Source: a virus
Strand: one strand, 5' to 3'
Length of the DNA: 64,000 nucleotides
Virus record (IMG/VR): IMGVR_UViG_3300045988_096244
Position numbers and translations under genes: made by a program. Shown here one piece after another: positions 9,356 through 18,694 of this stretch. Position 1 is the stretch's first letter. Each line of letters begins with the position of its first letter. Below the pieces are notes generated by a model that made no database searches, was not told the origin of the DNA, and saw nothing but the letters and a program-made list of their open reading frames with translations.

Positions 9356-10194
9356 TGGCAAAAAGAGAACCTTCTATACATATATCAAGGGTTACCTTTT
9401 CACGGATATTCAAAGAAGTGATGGGCAGGTCTCTTGGTGATAAGTTCATTGATGAATTCTTCTATAAGGCAAGGCAATCCTCATTAGACCATCGTTCAGT
9501 GGTAGGGGAGAATAAAAAGGTACAAACTCAAGCTGTTCGTAGAGCTTCAGGAAGTATAGGGGATGCAAACTTATTAGCAGATATCATCTATTCCACTAGA
9601 GTTCAGCTCAAACATATAGGAGTAACCAAGATAAAGCAAACTGATGTGCAATGGGCATCAGTTAAAGAATTGGTACCTGTTGTAAATGAATTCTGTCAAA
9701 AGTTTGGATTCGAACCTCGTCAGGGATATATAGAGTTTGTAACTACTGGTATTAAACTCATGTCTCAGGCAAAGAAGGTGAACTATAACTTCTGTGCTAA
9801 TTGGTTACATCAGAGAGTGAATTGGATTATGGATGTATATGAGGCTGAAAAGGAAGTGAAGGAAGATAAATATCCCAAATTCACTCGGGAAGTATATGAA
9901 CATTATACTAAAGAGATTCTTGATAGAGTAGGTATCAATAACACCTATGACAAGAATCCTCAAGAGTACGTATGGTTTGTAAGAGCAAGGAATCTTGCAG
10001 ATGAGATGGGTATTGACTATGAAACATTTGTACAGGCTCAGTTTTATGCACTAGAGTTCTGTAATGGTATACCCAAGATAGAAGACCTATCAAATGATAA
10101 GGCTCGTCAAAGGGTAATAAACTATATGGCAAAATTCAATATTGTATCACGCCCAAAGGTTGATAACACCAACTGGGATGATTTTAAGAAATAA
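9352..10194 (+). CDS. hypothetical protein (replication module)
   Basis: Track ORF with a 4-nt overlap on the primase gene. No motif recognised. Confidence 0.45.
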   Translation: MMAKREPSIHISRVTFSRIFKEVMGRSLGDKFIDEFFYKARQSSLDHRSVVGENKKVQTQAVRRASGSIGDANLLADIIYSTRVQLKHIGVTKIKQTDVQWASVKELVPVVNEFCQKFGFEPRQGYIEFVTTGIKLMSQAKKVNYNFCANWLHQRVNWIMDVYEAEKEVKEDKYPKFTREVYEHYTKEILDRVGINNTYDKNPQEYVWFVRARNLADEMGIDYETFVQAQFYALEFCNGIPKIEDLSNDKARQRVINYMAKFNIVSRPKVDNTNWDDFKK

Positions 10195-10198
10195 GGTT

Positions 10199-10312
10199 AT
10201 GAAAAAGAAGATTGATAGGGAAGCTATAGCTTTCTATGTTATTCTGTCAGGTATTATTGTAATGGGGATTTTATTCCTTGCCCATCTCTTCATATTAACT
10301 CTACACTCATGA
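10199..10312 (+). CDS. small hydrophobic protein (37 aa)
   Basis: Below the ORF-track cutoff. Sequence MKKKIDREAIAFYVILSGIIVMGILFLAHLFILTLHS. Its TGA overlaps the ATG of the next gene (ATGA at 10309-10312), which suggests translational coupling. Confidence 0.4.
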   Translation: MKKKIDREAIAFYVILSGIIVMGILFLAHLFILTLHS

Positions 10313-11736
10313 TAACTATCACCATAAAGAACTGTAATGTTTGTGAAATTTCTGGCCCAGCTAAGTTCACAAATAAATTATATGAGATGTTCCGGATTAA
10401 GCATCCGGATGCTTGGCATATAATGATGTATAGTAGGGCAAAGAATTGGGATGGGTATGTAAAGTATATCTCAGATTATGGGCAATTCAAAATAGGCCTT
10501 TTGAATAAGGTTTATAATGAATGCCTCAAGATGGGTCAAAAGGTAAAAATTATAGATAATAGACCCCCGTTAGGAATTAAACCAGTAATTCCAACAGTTA
10601 TGGGGGATAAAGAATTACGGGAAGTACAAAGGGAAGCTCTAGAAAAGATACTGTATAATAAGGTTGGAAATACTCCTTTTCTTATTTGTGCATCCGACTT
10701 GGCAGTTAACTTCGGAAAGACTTTGGTGTTCTGTGGATTGCATCAAGCATTCAAGAGGAAGTTGAAGACTGTCTTGCTGTTGAATAGTGCAGACTTATTC
10801 AAGCAATTCAAGAGGGAGATTCCAGAGTTACTACCTGGAGAGAAGGTAGCATTTATCCAGGGGAGTAAATGTAGTGAGTGGGGCAACTTTAACGTTTGTA
10901 TGGTTCAATCTCTGGCAGGCAACATAAACAGGTATCAAAAGTTCCTTTCGGAAATAGACATGGTACTTATAGATGAGGCTGACGTGATTGACAATAAAAC
11001 TTATAAGACAGTAATACAACATCTGTATAACTCAAGAGTAAGAGTGGGATTGAGTGGTACCCTTTATATGAGTGAGCTCAAGAAGAAGCTGGTTCACAAC
11101 ATGAATATCATGTCATTTATTGGTGATAGAGTAAACCAGGTGAAACTGGCTGAGATGATTGATAAGGGGTACTCTACTCCCATTATCTGTAAGTTGGTAT
11201 ATGCCCATTACAAGTATACCAAAGATGGGGATTATCCCACCGAATATAAGGAAGTGATATCGGATAATGTAAAAGCTTGGCGATTGTCTTTGTCTCGTAC
11301 TAAGTATAACATCCGACGAAAAAGATTGCCGGCACTCATTGTATGTAAGTTCATTGGTCATTGTGAAAACCTTTATAGGTACTACGTTAAACATCTCGGA
11401 AATCAATACAATATACAATATGTCCATCACAAGACAAAAGGGCGAGATGAAATTCTACAAGCTTTCAGAGAGGGGAAAATAGATATACTAATCGCTACCA
11501 CGATTATTTCTAGAGGTCAAAACTTCCCTGAATTGAAATATCTGCAGAACACAGCATCAATGGATTCTAATGAAAAATCCTTGCAGATATTGGGCCGACT
11601 TGCAAGAACTCACATGAACAAAAAGAAAGCTTATTTGGACGACCTTCAATTCCCAGGTAGTTATCTAAAGAGACATGGGAACCATCGTAAGAACTACTAC
11701 ATGAAGGAGAAGTTGAAGGTAATTAAGATTGAATGA
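10309..11736 (+). CDS. SF2 DEAD/DEAH-box DNA helicase
   Basis: Walker A AVNFGKT, Walker B VLIDEADV, motif III SGT and motif VI TTIISRGQNFP. Confidence 0.7.
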   Translation: MITITIKNCNVCEISGPAKFTNKLYEMFRIKHPDAWHIMMYSRAKNWDGYVKYISDYGQFKIGLLNKVYNECLKMGQKVKIIDNRPPLGIKPVIPTVMGDKELREVQREALEKILYNKVGNTPFLICASDLAVNFGKTLVFCGLHQAFKRKLKTVLLLNSADLFKQFKREIPELLPGEKVAFIQGSKCSEWGNFNVCMVQSLAGNINRYQKFLSEIDMVLIDEADVIDNKTYKTVIQHLYNSRVRVGLSGTLYMSELKKKLVHNMNIMSFIGDRVNQVKLAEMIDKGYSTPIICKLVYAHYKYTKDGDYPTEYKEVISDNVKAWRLSLSRTKYNIRRKRLPALIVCKFIGHCENLYRYYVKHLGNQYNIQYVHHKTKGRDEILQAFREGKIDILIATTIISRGQNFPELKYLQNTASMDSNEKSLQILGRLARTHMNKKKAYLDDLQFPGSYLKRHGNHRKNYYMKEKLKVIKIE

Positions 11737-11760
11737 ACCCTAATTACTCGTGTATACATA

Positions 11761-11810
11761 TATACCCGTATACAAGCACATAGGGATAATATCCCCGATA
11801 TACGGGTATA
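11761..11810. promoter_or_regulatory. nested perfect palindromes (possible protein-binding site or structured element)
   Basis: tatacccgtata (11761-11772) and tatacgggtata (11799-11810) form a 12-bp perfect inverted repeat. It encloses an inner gggat-aat-atccc palindrome. Confidence 0.45.
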
Positions 11811-11870
11811 CGGTATATAGTTACCTCTAAAATCGGTAACATATATACTTACAGAAATTTTAGAGGAGGT

Positions 11871-12329
11871 ATGAAAATAAAATGTCACTATTTTGAAATG
11901 AAAAAGGTAAATCACATAAAGGTATTAGATGAGCTATTAAACGAATTCGAATTCAAGTACGGCAGTAGGGTTCAAAATAAAATGTTTGTGAACCAGTTAT
12001 TTAGGTATCTGGTTAATCATGGGGTGGATGTTGATAAGTACGTAGGGTTTGGTAAAGGTACAAAAAGAGATTCTCAAAAGATACATTTAGTGTTTGAGTA
12101 TGAAGGCTTTACCTATGCTGTGGACCTTAGCCGAAAATACCCGAGAAGATATTCTTTAGAAAAACTATCGGAGGTCCCAGATTCGTTTGTAAAAGTTCTC
12201 TTCATAATTGATGGAGAATATAGATGGAGAGTAAGGTCAGAAGATAATTCAGTAAATATCGTGTACTCTTCTAAATTAGCTAAAGAAAATACCAGCCGTA
12301 ACCCAAGTAGAAAGTCTATTAGATACTAA
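11871..12329 (+). CDS. hypothetical protein
   Basis: Track ORF preceded by a GGAGG Shine-Dalgarno-like sequence (11865-11869), which is unusual in this genome. Confidence 0.45.
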   Translation: MKIKCHYFEMKKVNHIKVLDELLNEFEFKYGSRVQNKMFVNQLFRYLVNHGVDVDKYVGFGKGTKRDSQKIHLVFEYEGFTYAVDLSRKYPRRYSLEKLSEVPDSFVKVLFIIDGEYRWRVRSEDNSVNIVYSSKLAKENTSRNPSRKSIRY

Positions 12330-12351
12330 CGATAATCAAACACTCAAATAT

Positions 12352-12753
12352 ATGGCGAAGAAAAAGAAAGACAAATTTAATGAAGTAAGGGGAGAACTTG
12401 AGACCGGAGATATCCTGGAACCTATGGACATCACCAAATTAGGTTCAGGTAATGACCCTTGCTTCGGTAAGCATTACGACCTTTCAACCAAGGAATGTAA
12501 GATGTGCGGGGATTCAGAACTCTGTTGCATTAAGTTCACAGCTCTCATGGGTAAAACCCGTAAGGAGTTGGAAGCAGAGACTCAGTTCAAGGATTTGGAA
12601 CCTCTCATAGATATGGAAGGTTGTAAAAAGTATTATCGTAAACTGGTAAGGGAAAAACTCGGTAAGAAGGAAATACTCGATAAGCTTCAGAGTAAGTTCG
12701 AGTTATCCCGTAAGGAAGCAAGAGACTTATATCGTAAATTTAACAGTAAATAA
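12352..12753 (+). CDS. hypothetical Cys-rich protein
   Basis: Track ORF with a cysteine cluster, CFGKHYDLSTKECKMCGDSELCC. Confidence 0.45.
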   Translation: MAKKKKDKFNEVRGELETGDILEPMDITKLGSGNDPCFGKHYDLSTKECKMCGDSELCCIKFTALMGKTRKELEAETQFKDLEPLIDMEGCKKYYRKLVREKLGKKEILDKLQSKFELSRKEARDLYRKFNSK

Positions 12754-12754
12754 C

Positions 12755-13330
12755 ATGGTTCAATTAGAGTTTACAAAGATTCGAGAGGTTAAATCCCCTA
12801 ACCGAGCAAATGACGGGGATGCCGGATTGGATTTCTACATCCCTCAGTTATCTGACCAAGATATTCTTAAGGTTGGAGAGAAAGGTGAAAATGACTTTTC
12901 TGGTATCAATCGGAAGATGTTTGGTAAAGGTTACATCAAACTGAAAGCATTGGGTACTGAAGATGTATATGTAGCAATTAAACCAGGTGGAAGACTTCTC
13001 ATTCCTTCTGGTATAAAGGTACTTATCAATCCAAAAGAGTCCATGCTCATGGCAGCAAATAAATCCGGGATTGCAACCAAAGAGGGTTTATCATTTACTG
13101 CCGAGATAGTGGATAGTCCATATACTGGTGAAATGCACATCGGTATTCATAACGGTTCCCCCGAAGAGGTTTATATTCCTCTGAACCAAAACAAGAAGAT
13201 AATGCAGTTTATACATGTACCAATTATACTTTCAAACCCGGTAGAGATTACCAATGAAGAGTATGACGAGAAAGCCAAGAATTGGGGAACTCGAGGGGAT
13301 AAGGGATTCGGTGCTCACGATAATAAGTAA
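12755..13330 (+). CDS. dut: dUTPase (trimeric dUTPase/dCTP deaminase fold)
   Basis: GDAGLDFY, LIPSGI, NKSGIATK, VDSPYTGEM and the C-terminal RGDKGFGAHD correspond by eye to dUTPase motifs I-V. Confidence 0.75.
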   Translation: MVQLEFTKIREVKSPNRANDGDAGLDFYIPQLSDQDILKVGEKGENDFSGINRKMFGKGYIKLKALGTEDVYVAIKPGGRLLIPSGIKVLINPKESMLMAANKSGIATKEGLSFTAEIVDSPYTGEMHIGIHNGSPEEVYIPLNQNKKIMQFIHVPIILSNPVEITNEEYDEKAKNWGTRGDKGFGAHDNK

Positions 13331-13335
13331 AAACC

Positions 13336-14241
13336 ATGGATAGCAGAGACATTAAAGAAGAACCAAAAAACATAGAGGGTAACAAATATCTCGAGGAGAT
13401 ATACTCTATGCAAAAGAACCTCTTATCTGGTTATATGGGTATAGAGGGACTACCACAGTATCCCATAGATATCAATACAAAAGCTTCTCAAACCTTACTC
13501 AAGGACTTCACTGCACGGGTAATAGAGGAGTTATCAGAGGGATACGAATCTTTTCAAGCAGTGGATGGTATCATGCAGGACAGTCACCACAAGATTATGG
13601 CCGGTGATGACCTGGTATACATTGAACTGCTTAATCACCTTCAGAATGCCAATGAGGAAAATGCCGATGCAGTACATTTCTTCGTTGAGTTGCTGATATA
13701 TGCTAACATTCAACCCGATGATATCAAGGCATACATGGTGAAGTGGGTAAGGGATAACAAATGCGAACAGAGTACGGTAGATTACTTTAACTCTATACGG
13801 AATGATATCCTAAATACTGCTCAATCCCTTGGAGTGAAGTGGTTGATGAATGAGAGAGATATAGAGGTAATCTTTGACAGCAACTCAACCAACTTATTGA
13901 AGTGGTATGAAGAGAAAGACTCTGAAACTTTCCCTGAGTACAATGATAAGTTACTGAAAGGTGGTCATAAGTATAACCACGAAAACTATGCTCTTCAATA
14001 TCCCTACATATTGTGGAAGATAACTCACCACCTTAATATAGCCAGGAATTTCCTGAAGAACAAACCTTGGAAACAATCTCAGGTAATGACTCAGGAGTTA
14101 AAGTATCAGGCTGAGTTGGTGAAGGCTTTCATATACTTCTGTGGTTATCTTGGATGGATAGGAATGGATTCTAAGGAAGTGTTCTATATTTACTTCAAGA
14201 AAAATCACATAAACCTGTTCCGCCAAAAATCTAAGTATTAG
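13336..14241 (+). CDS. all-alpha NTP pyrophosphohydrolase-like protein (MazG / dimeric dUTPase / dCTPase-like)
   Basis: By eye, ARVIEELSEGYES and EENADAVHFFVELLIYA resemble the paired acidic metal-binding helices of the all-alpha NTP-PPase superfamily. Confidence 0.35.
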   Translation: MDSRDIKEEPKNIEGNKYLEEIYSMQKNLLSGYMGIEGLPQYPIDINTKASQTLLKDFTARVIEELSEGYESFQAVDGIMQDSHHKIMAGDDLVYIELLNHLQNANEENADAVHFFVELLIYANIQPDDIKAYMVKWVRDNKCEQSTVDYFNSIRNDILNTAQSLGVKWLMNERDIEVIFDSNSTNLLKWYEEKDSETFPEYNDKLLKGGHKYNHENYALQYPYILWKITHHLNIARNFLKNKPWKQSQVMTQELKYQAELVKAFIYFCGYLGWIGMDSKEVFYIYFKKNHINLFRQKSKY

Positions 14242-14242
14242 T

Positions 14243-15232
14243 ATGAATCTTATAAAAACTAAGAGCCCAATAGAGGCTTGGGAGAAGATACTCGAAAACT
14301 TCTTAATCAAGAAGACCGAGTGGTTCTGTGAAGGAGTTGGTTACAATCTAACCGACTCTCTATTCACTTATGACTTAATGGTAGAGATAGTAGAAGCTAA
14401 GTTCGACCCAAACTTCGACTTCGGTAAGATGTTTGGGTACACCATGACAAAGTGGACAGGTTTAATTACCAACTACTTGGATTTGGATGTACTTGACCAA
14501 GCTAAGTTGATGATAAGGAAGTTAGAAGAGAATAAGACCGTAAACAGGAATTATCACATAGGCTTCCATTTTGCCGATAATCACGGCAGCGGTAAGGGAT
14601 GTTTGGTGGGCGGTATATTCTCTCGTAAGATAGGGATTGAAAATCCCGAGATAACCGTGATACTTCGCTCATCAGAGGTGGTTACACGATTGCCAATAGA
14701 TATTCTCCTATTCTGTCGTATGGGACAGTATATCTACGGTCATGATAACTTCTCGCTAAAATTAGTTATCAAGGCTGCTTGGGCAAATGATACTACAATC
14801 TTGTTGTATCAGAACCGAAAAGATATCAAGGAGTTCTTGAAAGAGAACTGTGATGATGAAGCTCGTAGAAAAAAGATACGTAAGTCTCTCAAGAAACTAA
14901 TGACAAGTGATGAAGCTGTTTATAAAACATACGGTAACAGTTTCAGAGCTTTCAAAGTATTAAGGAAAGACTTGGGATATAATCAGAAGTCCATGTTGGC
15001 ATCATCTTTAGAGATTGGTGATTGGGATGGTATTCCTTTACCAGAAGTATGCCCATCTATACTTAAGCGAAACATGATAAAGAAGACATACTTAAAGTTC
15101 ACTGAAAAGTACGGACTTAAGTTAAAGCTTGAAGAAAGTGGGGAAAGGAAAAAGAAGAAACTAATCTCGTTCTCCTCATCAGACGAAGATGATATGGATG
15201 ATAATGAATCAACTGTAGAATCAGATGAGTAG
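14243..15232 (+). CDS. thymidylate-synthase-fold protein, paralog A (divergent, acidic Ser/Asp/Glu C-terminal tail)
   Basis: By-eye alignment to ThyA: [27 protein letters not shown] vs [36 protein letters not shown] vs [26 protein letters not shown] vs QRSCDVFLGLPFNIA. The ThyA H-x-Y motif is not evident. Confidence 0.35.
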   Translation: [329 protein letters not shown]

Positions 15233-16013
15233 AGTAAAGGTAAAGAATAACCTGTTAATGTTCAAGAACAGCATGAAAGCTTGGGAAGGACTTAACAGGT
15301 TATTCCTGTTCAATACGCTTGGTTTGGACATAGAAAGAATTGGTAAAGCTCAATACATAAATGATTTAGTCATTAGTATTAAAGAACCTCTGGTAGACCC
15401 CGAATTTGATTTTGGTAGGCATTTCAATTATACCATGTCAAAGTGGAAGTCATTAGTGGCTAACTATGTTGATGAGAATAGTCTTTCATTACTGAGGCTG
15501 GATGTTATAGAGGCTATCAACAATAGAAAGATATTCAACATAGGCTATCAGTTTAATAATAAACATGCCCACGGAAAGAATTGCCTATTATCCATGACTG
15601 TATCTAAAAAAGTGGGTATGGATAACCCCATGATAACAGTATTCATGAGGGCATCCGAGGTTACTAAAAGGCTGATATGTGACCTACTCCTTATTCAACG
15701 TATGGGAGAATATATATTCGGATATGGGCAGAAGTTTCATGTATCAATACATTTCAGTCAGATATTCAATGATGATACTGTACTTCTTATGTACCATGCC
15801 CATGAAGACTTACTTAAGTTGAGTGATAAGCTTGGTATATACGACGGTAATTGGTATGACCGATTGAAGTATCTGCTTGAGGTGGACCCTGACAAAATAA
15901 AATATAAGGTACATAAAAGGGCAATAAAAGTATTAAGACCTGAGCTTTTCAAATATCCTAAGACCTTAGCTAAAGACTGTACTCTTGGGAGTGAAGACTG
16001 GCTACCGTTCTAA
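15225..16013 (+). CDS. thymidylate-synthase-fold protein, paralog B
   Basis: Clear paralog of 14243..15232 (VDPEFDFGRHFNYTMSKWKSLVANYVD; HGKNCLLSMTVS; FMRASEVTKRLICDLLLIQRMGEYIFG), with an 8-nt overlap. Confidence 0.35.
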   Translation: MSRVKVKNNLLMFKNSMKAWEGLNRLFLFNTLGLDIERIGKAQYINDLVISIKEPLVDPEFDFGRHFNYTMSKWKSLVANYVDENSLSLLRLDVIEAINNRKIFNIGYQFNNKHAHGKNCLLSMTVSKKVGMDNPMITVFMRASEVTKRLICDLLLIQRMGEYIFGYGQKFHVSIHFSQIFNDDTVLLMYHAHEDLLKLSDKLGIYDGNWYDRLKYLLEVDPDKIKYKVHKRAIKVLRPELFKYPKTLAKDCTLGSEDWLPF

Positions 16014-16049
16014 TATAGGGAAGTCTATTGAATTGCAAATACCAATGCA

Positions 16050-16229
16050 ATGAATATAGAAGTAAAGAAATCCCCCTATACAAGTAAGCTTGGTGGAGAT
16101 ATTGATATTACCTTTTCTACTGATAGCGGATGGTTGTTCAATACTGTAGTCAATATAAGTAGGAAGGATTTAAGACAACTCAAAAGAAAGATAAGGAGGT
16201 ATCTCCATGAAACAATAGAAGAAAAGTAA
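16050..16229 (+). CDS. small hypothetical protein (59 aa)
   Basis: Below the track cutoff. Sequence MNIEVKKSPYTSKLGGDIDITFSTDSGWLFNTVVNISRKDLRQLKRKIRRYLHETIEEK. A paralogous open frame lies immediately downstream. Confidence 0.4.
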   Translation: MNIEVKKSPYTSKLGGDIDITFSTDSGWLFNTVVNISRKDLRQLKRKIRRYLHETIEEK

Positions 16230-16407
16230 TCCATACTTTGGTGTAGAAATATCCAGGAGCGAGTATAAAAATAGGTATGATAGAGATATTGAATTATCTA
16301 TATCTACTAACGGTCATCACTGGATAGGATTGCCAAATATGAATATCCAGGACCTGAAAGAACTACGAAAATCTATAAGAAAATATATTAAAGAAAACAA
16401 ACAATGA
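16219..16407 (+). pseudogene. start-less paralog of the 16050 gene (open frame without ATG/GTG/TTG near its 5' end)
   Basis: The frame is open from 16219 and encodes ...EISRSEYKNRYDRDIELSISTNGHHWIGLPNMNIQDLKELRKSIRKYIKENKQ, which aligns with the upstream protein. The first ATG is only 22 codons before the stop. Its TGA overlaps the ATG of 16404 (ATGA). Confidence 0.35.
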
Positions 16408-17174
16408 GAATATATTCGAACCCCTATGAGTTAATGTCAGAGACGGCAAGAAACTTATGGGAAATGGGTAATGAGGTAAAACCCCGTACCTATCAAAACA
16501 AGGTAATAGAAGGCAATGATGACTTCATTACAAAGGAACTCATCTGTGAGCAGTACTGTTTAACTCACATGGAAGACCCAGCTGCACTTTTTGTATTCAC
16601 TAAGTCCAAAGATTGGGCAGAGGCAGAATTCGAAGAGAGAGTATGCGGTAGGATGGAAAATCCAGGTAAAGCATGGGAACTCCGTAAAAACGTTTGGGAA
16701 GAGTTTTTAGTTGATGGGTTCTTTGACTATACCTATGCAGAACGTATGAACGAGTCAGTGTTATACAAAGGTAAGGCATTCTCAAAACTCGAAGCAGTAA
16801 TAGAATTGTTAAGGAATGACAATGATACAAGAAAAGCCATATTAAATATATATGGTGAAGTCGGTTACCATGAGGACTGCGATTCAAACTATCTCGGTGG
16901 AGAAAAGAGAATACCGTGCTCCATGTATTACGACTTCCTCATCCGAGAGAATGCCCGAGGAGAAAAGCAACTCAATATATGTTATCACCAAAGGTCTTCT
17001 GATTTTGTAACCCACTTCGGTAATGATGTTTACCTGGCATGGAGACTCATGGAATATGTAGCTAGCGAGGTGGGAATCAAGCCTGGATATCTCTATCATA
17101 CTATTGATAGTTTGCATAGTTATAAAAAAGACTGGGTGAAACTGAAGACCTCAATCCAAACCGAATTGAGATAA
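16404..17174 (+). CDS. thymidylate synthase superfamily enzyme (ThyA / pyrimidine hydroxymethylase-like)
   Basis: DTRKAILNIYG (RRxIxSAWN-like), RIPCSMYYDF (catalytic P-C), YHQRSSDFVTHFGNDVYLA (QRSxDxxLGxPFNI-like) and IDSLHSY (DxHxY-like). Confidence 0.65.
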   Translation: MRIYSNPYELMSETARNLWEMGNEVKPRTYQNKVIEGNDDFITKELICEQYCLTHMEDPAALFVFTKSKDWAEAEFEERVCGRMENPGKAWELRKNVWEEFLVDGFFDYTYAERMNESVLYKGKAFSKLEAVIELLRNDNDTRKAILNIYGEVGYHEDCDSNYLGGEKRIPCSMYYDFLIRENARGEKQLNICYHQRSSDFVTHFGNDVYLAWRLMEYVASEVGIKPGYLYHTIDSLHSYKKDWVKLKTSIQTELR

Positions 17175-17259
17175 CCTCAGAAGGTAACGGTATAATTGGA
17201 GGGGATTGTTCTTTTCTGTAACCTTGAGATTAGTAGTAAAGTTACCGTTACCTTCACTC

Positions 17260-17333
<74 letters not shown>

Positions 17334-17425
17334 CAAGATGAATCTTTACTTTGCGCTGTGGACCGCGAGTCCTGATTCACCCCGGGTATCAGACTGTAGG
17401 GATATAGACTGATACCCATTTTTAT

Positions 17426-17500
17426 ACGGAAGTAGCACAGTCCGGTTAGTGTACTTGCTTTGGGAGCAAGGGGTCGCAGGTTCGAATCCTGTCTTCCGTA
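17426..17500 (+). tRNA. tRNA-Pro (anticodon TGG)
   Basis: Acceptor acggaag/cttccgt, anticodon stem cttgc/gcaag with 7-nt loop ttTGGga, T arm gcaggttcgaatcctgt. Confidence 0.85.
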
Positions 17501-17655
17501 CAAGGGCTATATGCTGGGTCATAACCGGAGATACGACCTCCAGCTAGCAATGGGCAATAACCCGGTACGAGATACCAAAAGCTCATAATTAAAGTCGAAG
17601 GCTATAGCTCTAGGAGATGAGCGAAGAACAGTACCTCATCTCCCCTTTTGTAAAG

Positions 17656-17738
17656 GCTCGGATGGAGAAATAGGTAAACTCATCAGATTTAAGCTCTGAC
17701 GGTCATTGACCTTGCGGGTTCGATTCCCGCTCCGAGTA
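17656..17738 (+). tRNA. tRNA-Leu (anticodon TAA), class II with long variable arm
   Basis: Acceptor gctcgga/tccgagt (G1-U72 wobble), anticodon stem tcaga/tctga with loop ttTAAgc, variable arm ggtcattgacc, T arm gcgggttcgattcccgc. Confidence 0.8.
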
Positions 17739-17753
17739 CAAAATACCCTTAAC

Positions 17754-18089
17754 ATGACAATCACATTCAAAGATTACCCTTGCGGTACAATTTCATTAGG
17801 TACTTCAGTAACAATAATACCTAATTCATATCAGATTAAATCAATCCAGGATATGGAAGATATAATCAACCGTTCTAGAGAAGAAGTAAATAAAAGTCCA
17901 GTATTCCATACGTTTGCAATAAATAAAAGAACTACAGCTGGTATGATTATTGAATGGCGAGCCCATAATATGCTATATGCACTGCATATAAAAAGGAATA
18001 GGACTCGAACGGTTGACCTGGATATAAATGAACCATGGTACCGTAAAGTAGGATATTTAATATTATCAACACTATATCTAAGATGGTAG
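17754..18089 (+). CDS. hypothetical protein
   Basis: Track ORF 17706..18089 trimmed to ATG 17754 (MTITFKDYP...), because the upstream codons overlap tRNA-Leu. Confidence 0.4.
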   Translation: MTITFKDYPCGTISLGTSVTIIPNSYQIKSIQDMEDIINRSREEVNKSPVFHTFAINKRTTAGMIIEWRAHNMLYALHIKRNRTRTVDLDINEPWYRKVGYLILSTLYLRW

Positions 18090-18691
18090 AAATTACAAAC
18101 GTAGATGTGTATGACTTAGAGAAGTCAATTATAGCATGTAGAAATGCTATGCGTACAGAACCAGTATTCCCAGTAGACATGGATGCTTGGGGACATCCAA
18201 TTTATGAACAGAAAGAATGGGATGATTCATTTAAGAGGGCCGTTAACTTGGCCAAATCCCCATCTAACAGTGGTCACCCTAATTTCTTAACCGGAATAAG
18301 GGTATCATTTGACATCCTATACCCAAACTACTTTTCACCCGAGTTACAACGATATCATTGGATAGATATTGTAACCTCATCTTCAAAGATGCACAGGCTC
18401 GGTGAGATTGTAAAGAAGGAGTCATTCAATAAGTATGTAACCCCGGAGGTAATAGCTATAGTTCAGGACTTGGCAAATAAGTTCATAGAAGACCCAAGCT
18501 ATGAGAATCGTATCAAGCTGCTGAGTAATTGCCCTCTCGGGATAGAATTATTCATGAGGGTAAGTACCAACTATATGCAACTCCGGAATATATACCATCA
18601 GAGGAAAGATCATCGTCTGAGAGAGGATTGGGGAGCATTCTGTAAGATGATTCAAGAGTTACCCTTCTTCGAAGAGTTCATAAACAAATAA
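18083..18691 (+). CDS. ThyX-like (flavin-dependent thymidylate synthase family) protein, divergent
   Basis: By eye, SGHPNFLTGIRVSFDILYPNYFSPELQRYHWIDIVTSSSKMH parallels ThyX H.S.lEh..ftF.i.gvSR....ql.RHR..S...S.RY. The C-terminal NYMQLRNIYHQR...EDW parallels the ThyX tail. The RHR signature reads RYH here. Confidence 0.4.
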   Translation: MVEITNVDVYDLEKSIIACRNAMRTEPVFPVDMDAWGHPIYEQKEWDDSFKRAVNLAKSPSNSGHPNFLTGIRVSFDILYPNYFSPELQRYHWIDIVTSSSKMHRLGEIVKKESFNKYVTPEVIAIVQDLANKFIEDPSYENRIKLLSNCPLGIELFMRVSTNYMQLRNIYHQRKDHRLREDWGAFCKMIQELPFFEEFINK

Positions 18692-18694
18692 GGT

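Noticed and set aside
17590-17655. A fourth tRNA or tRNA remnant (gctcataat anticodon-loop-like string; ggctatagctc acceptor/D-arm-like string)
   Set aside because: No T-arm (GTTCRANNC) or matching acceptor 3' strand could be found, so no cloverleaf can be drawn.
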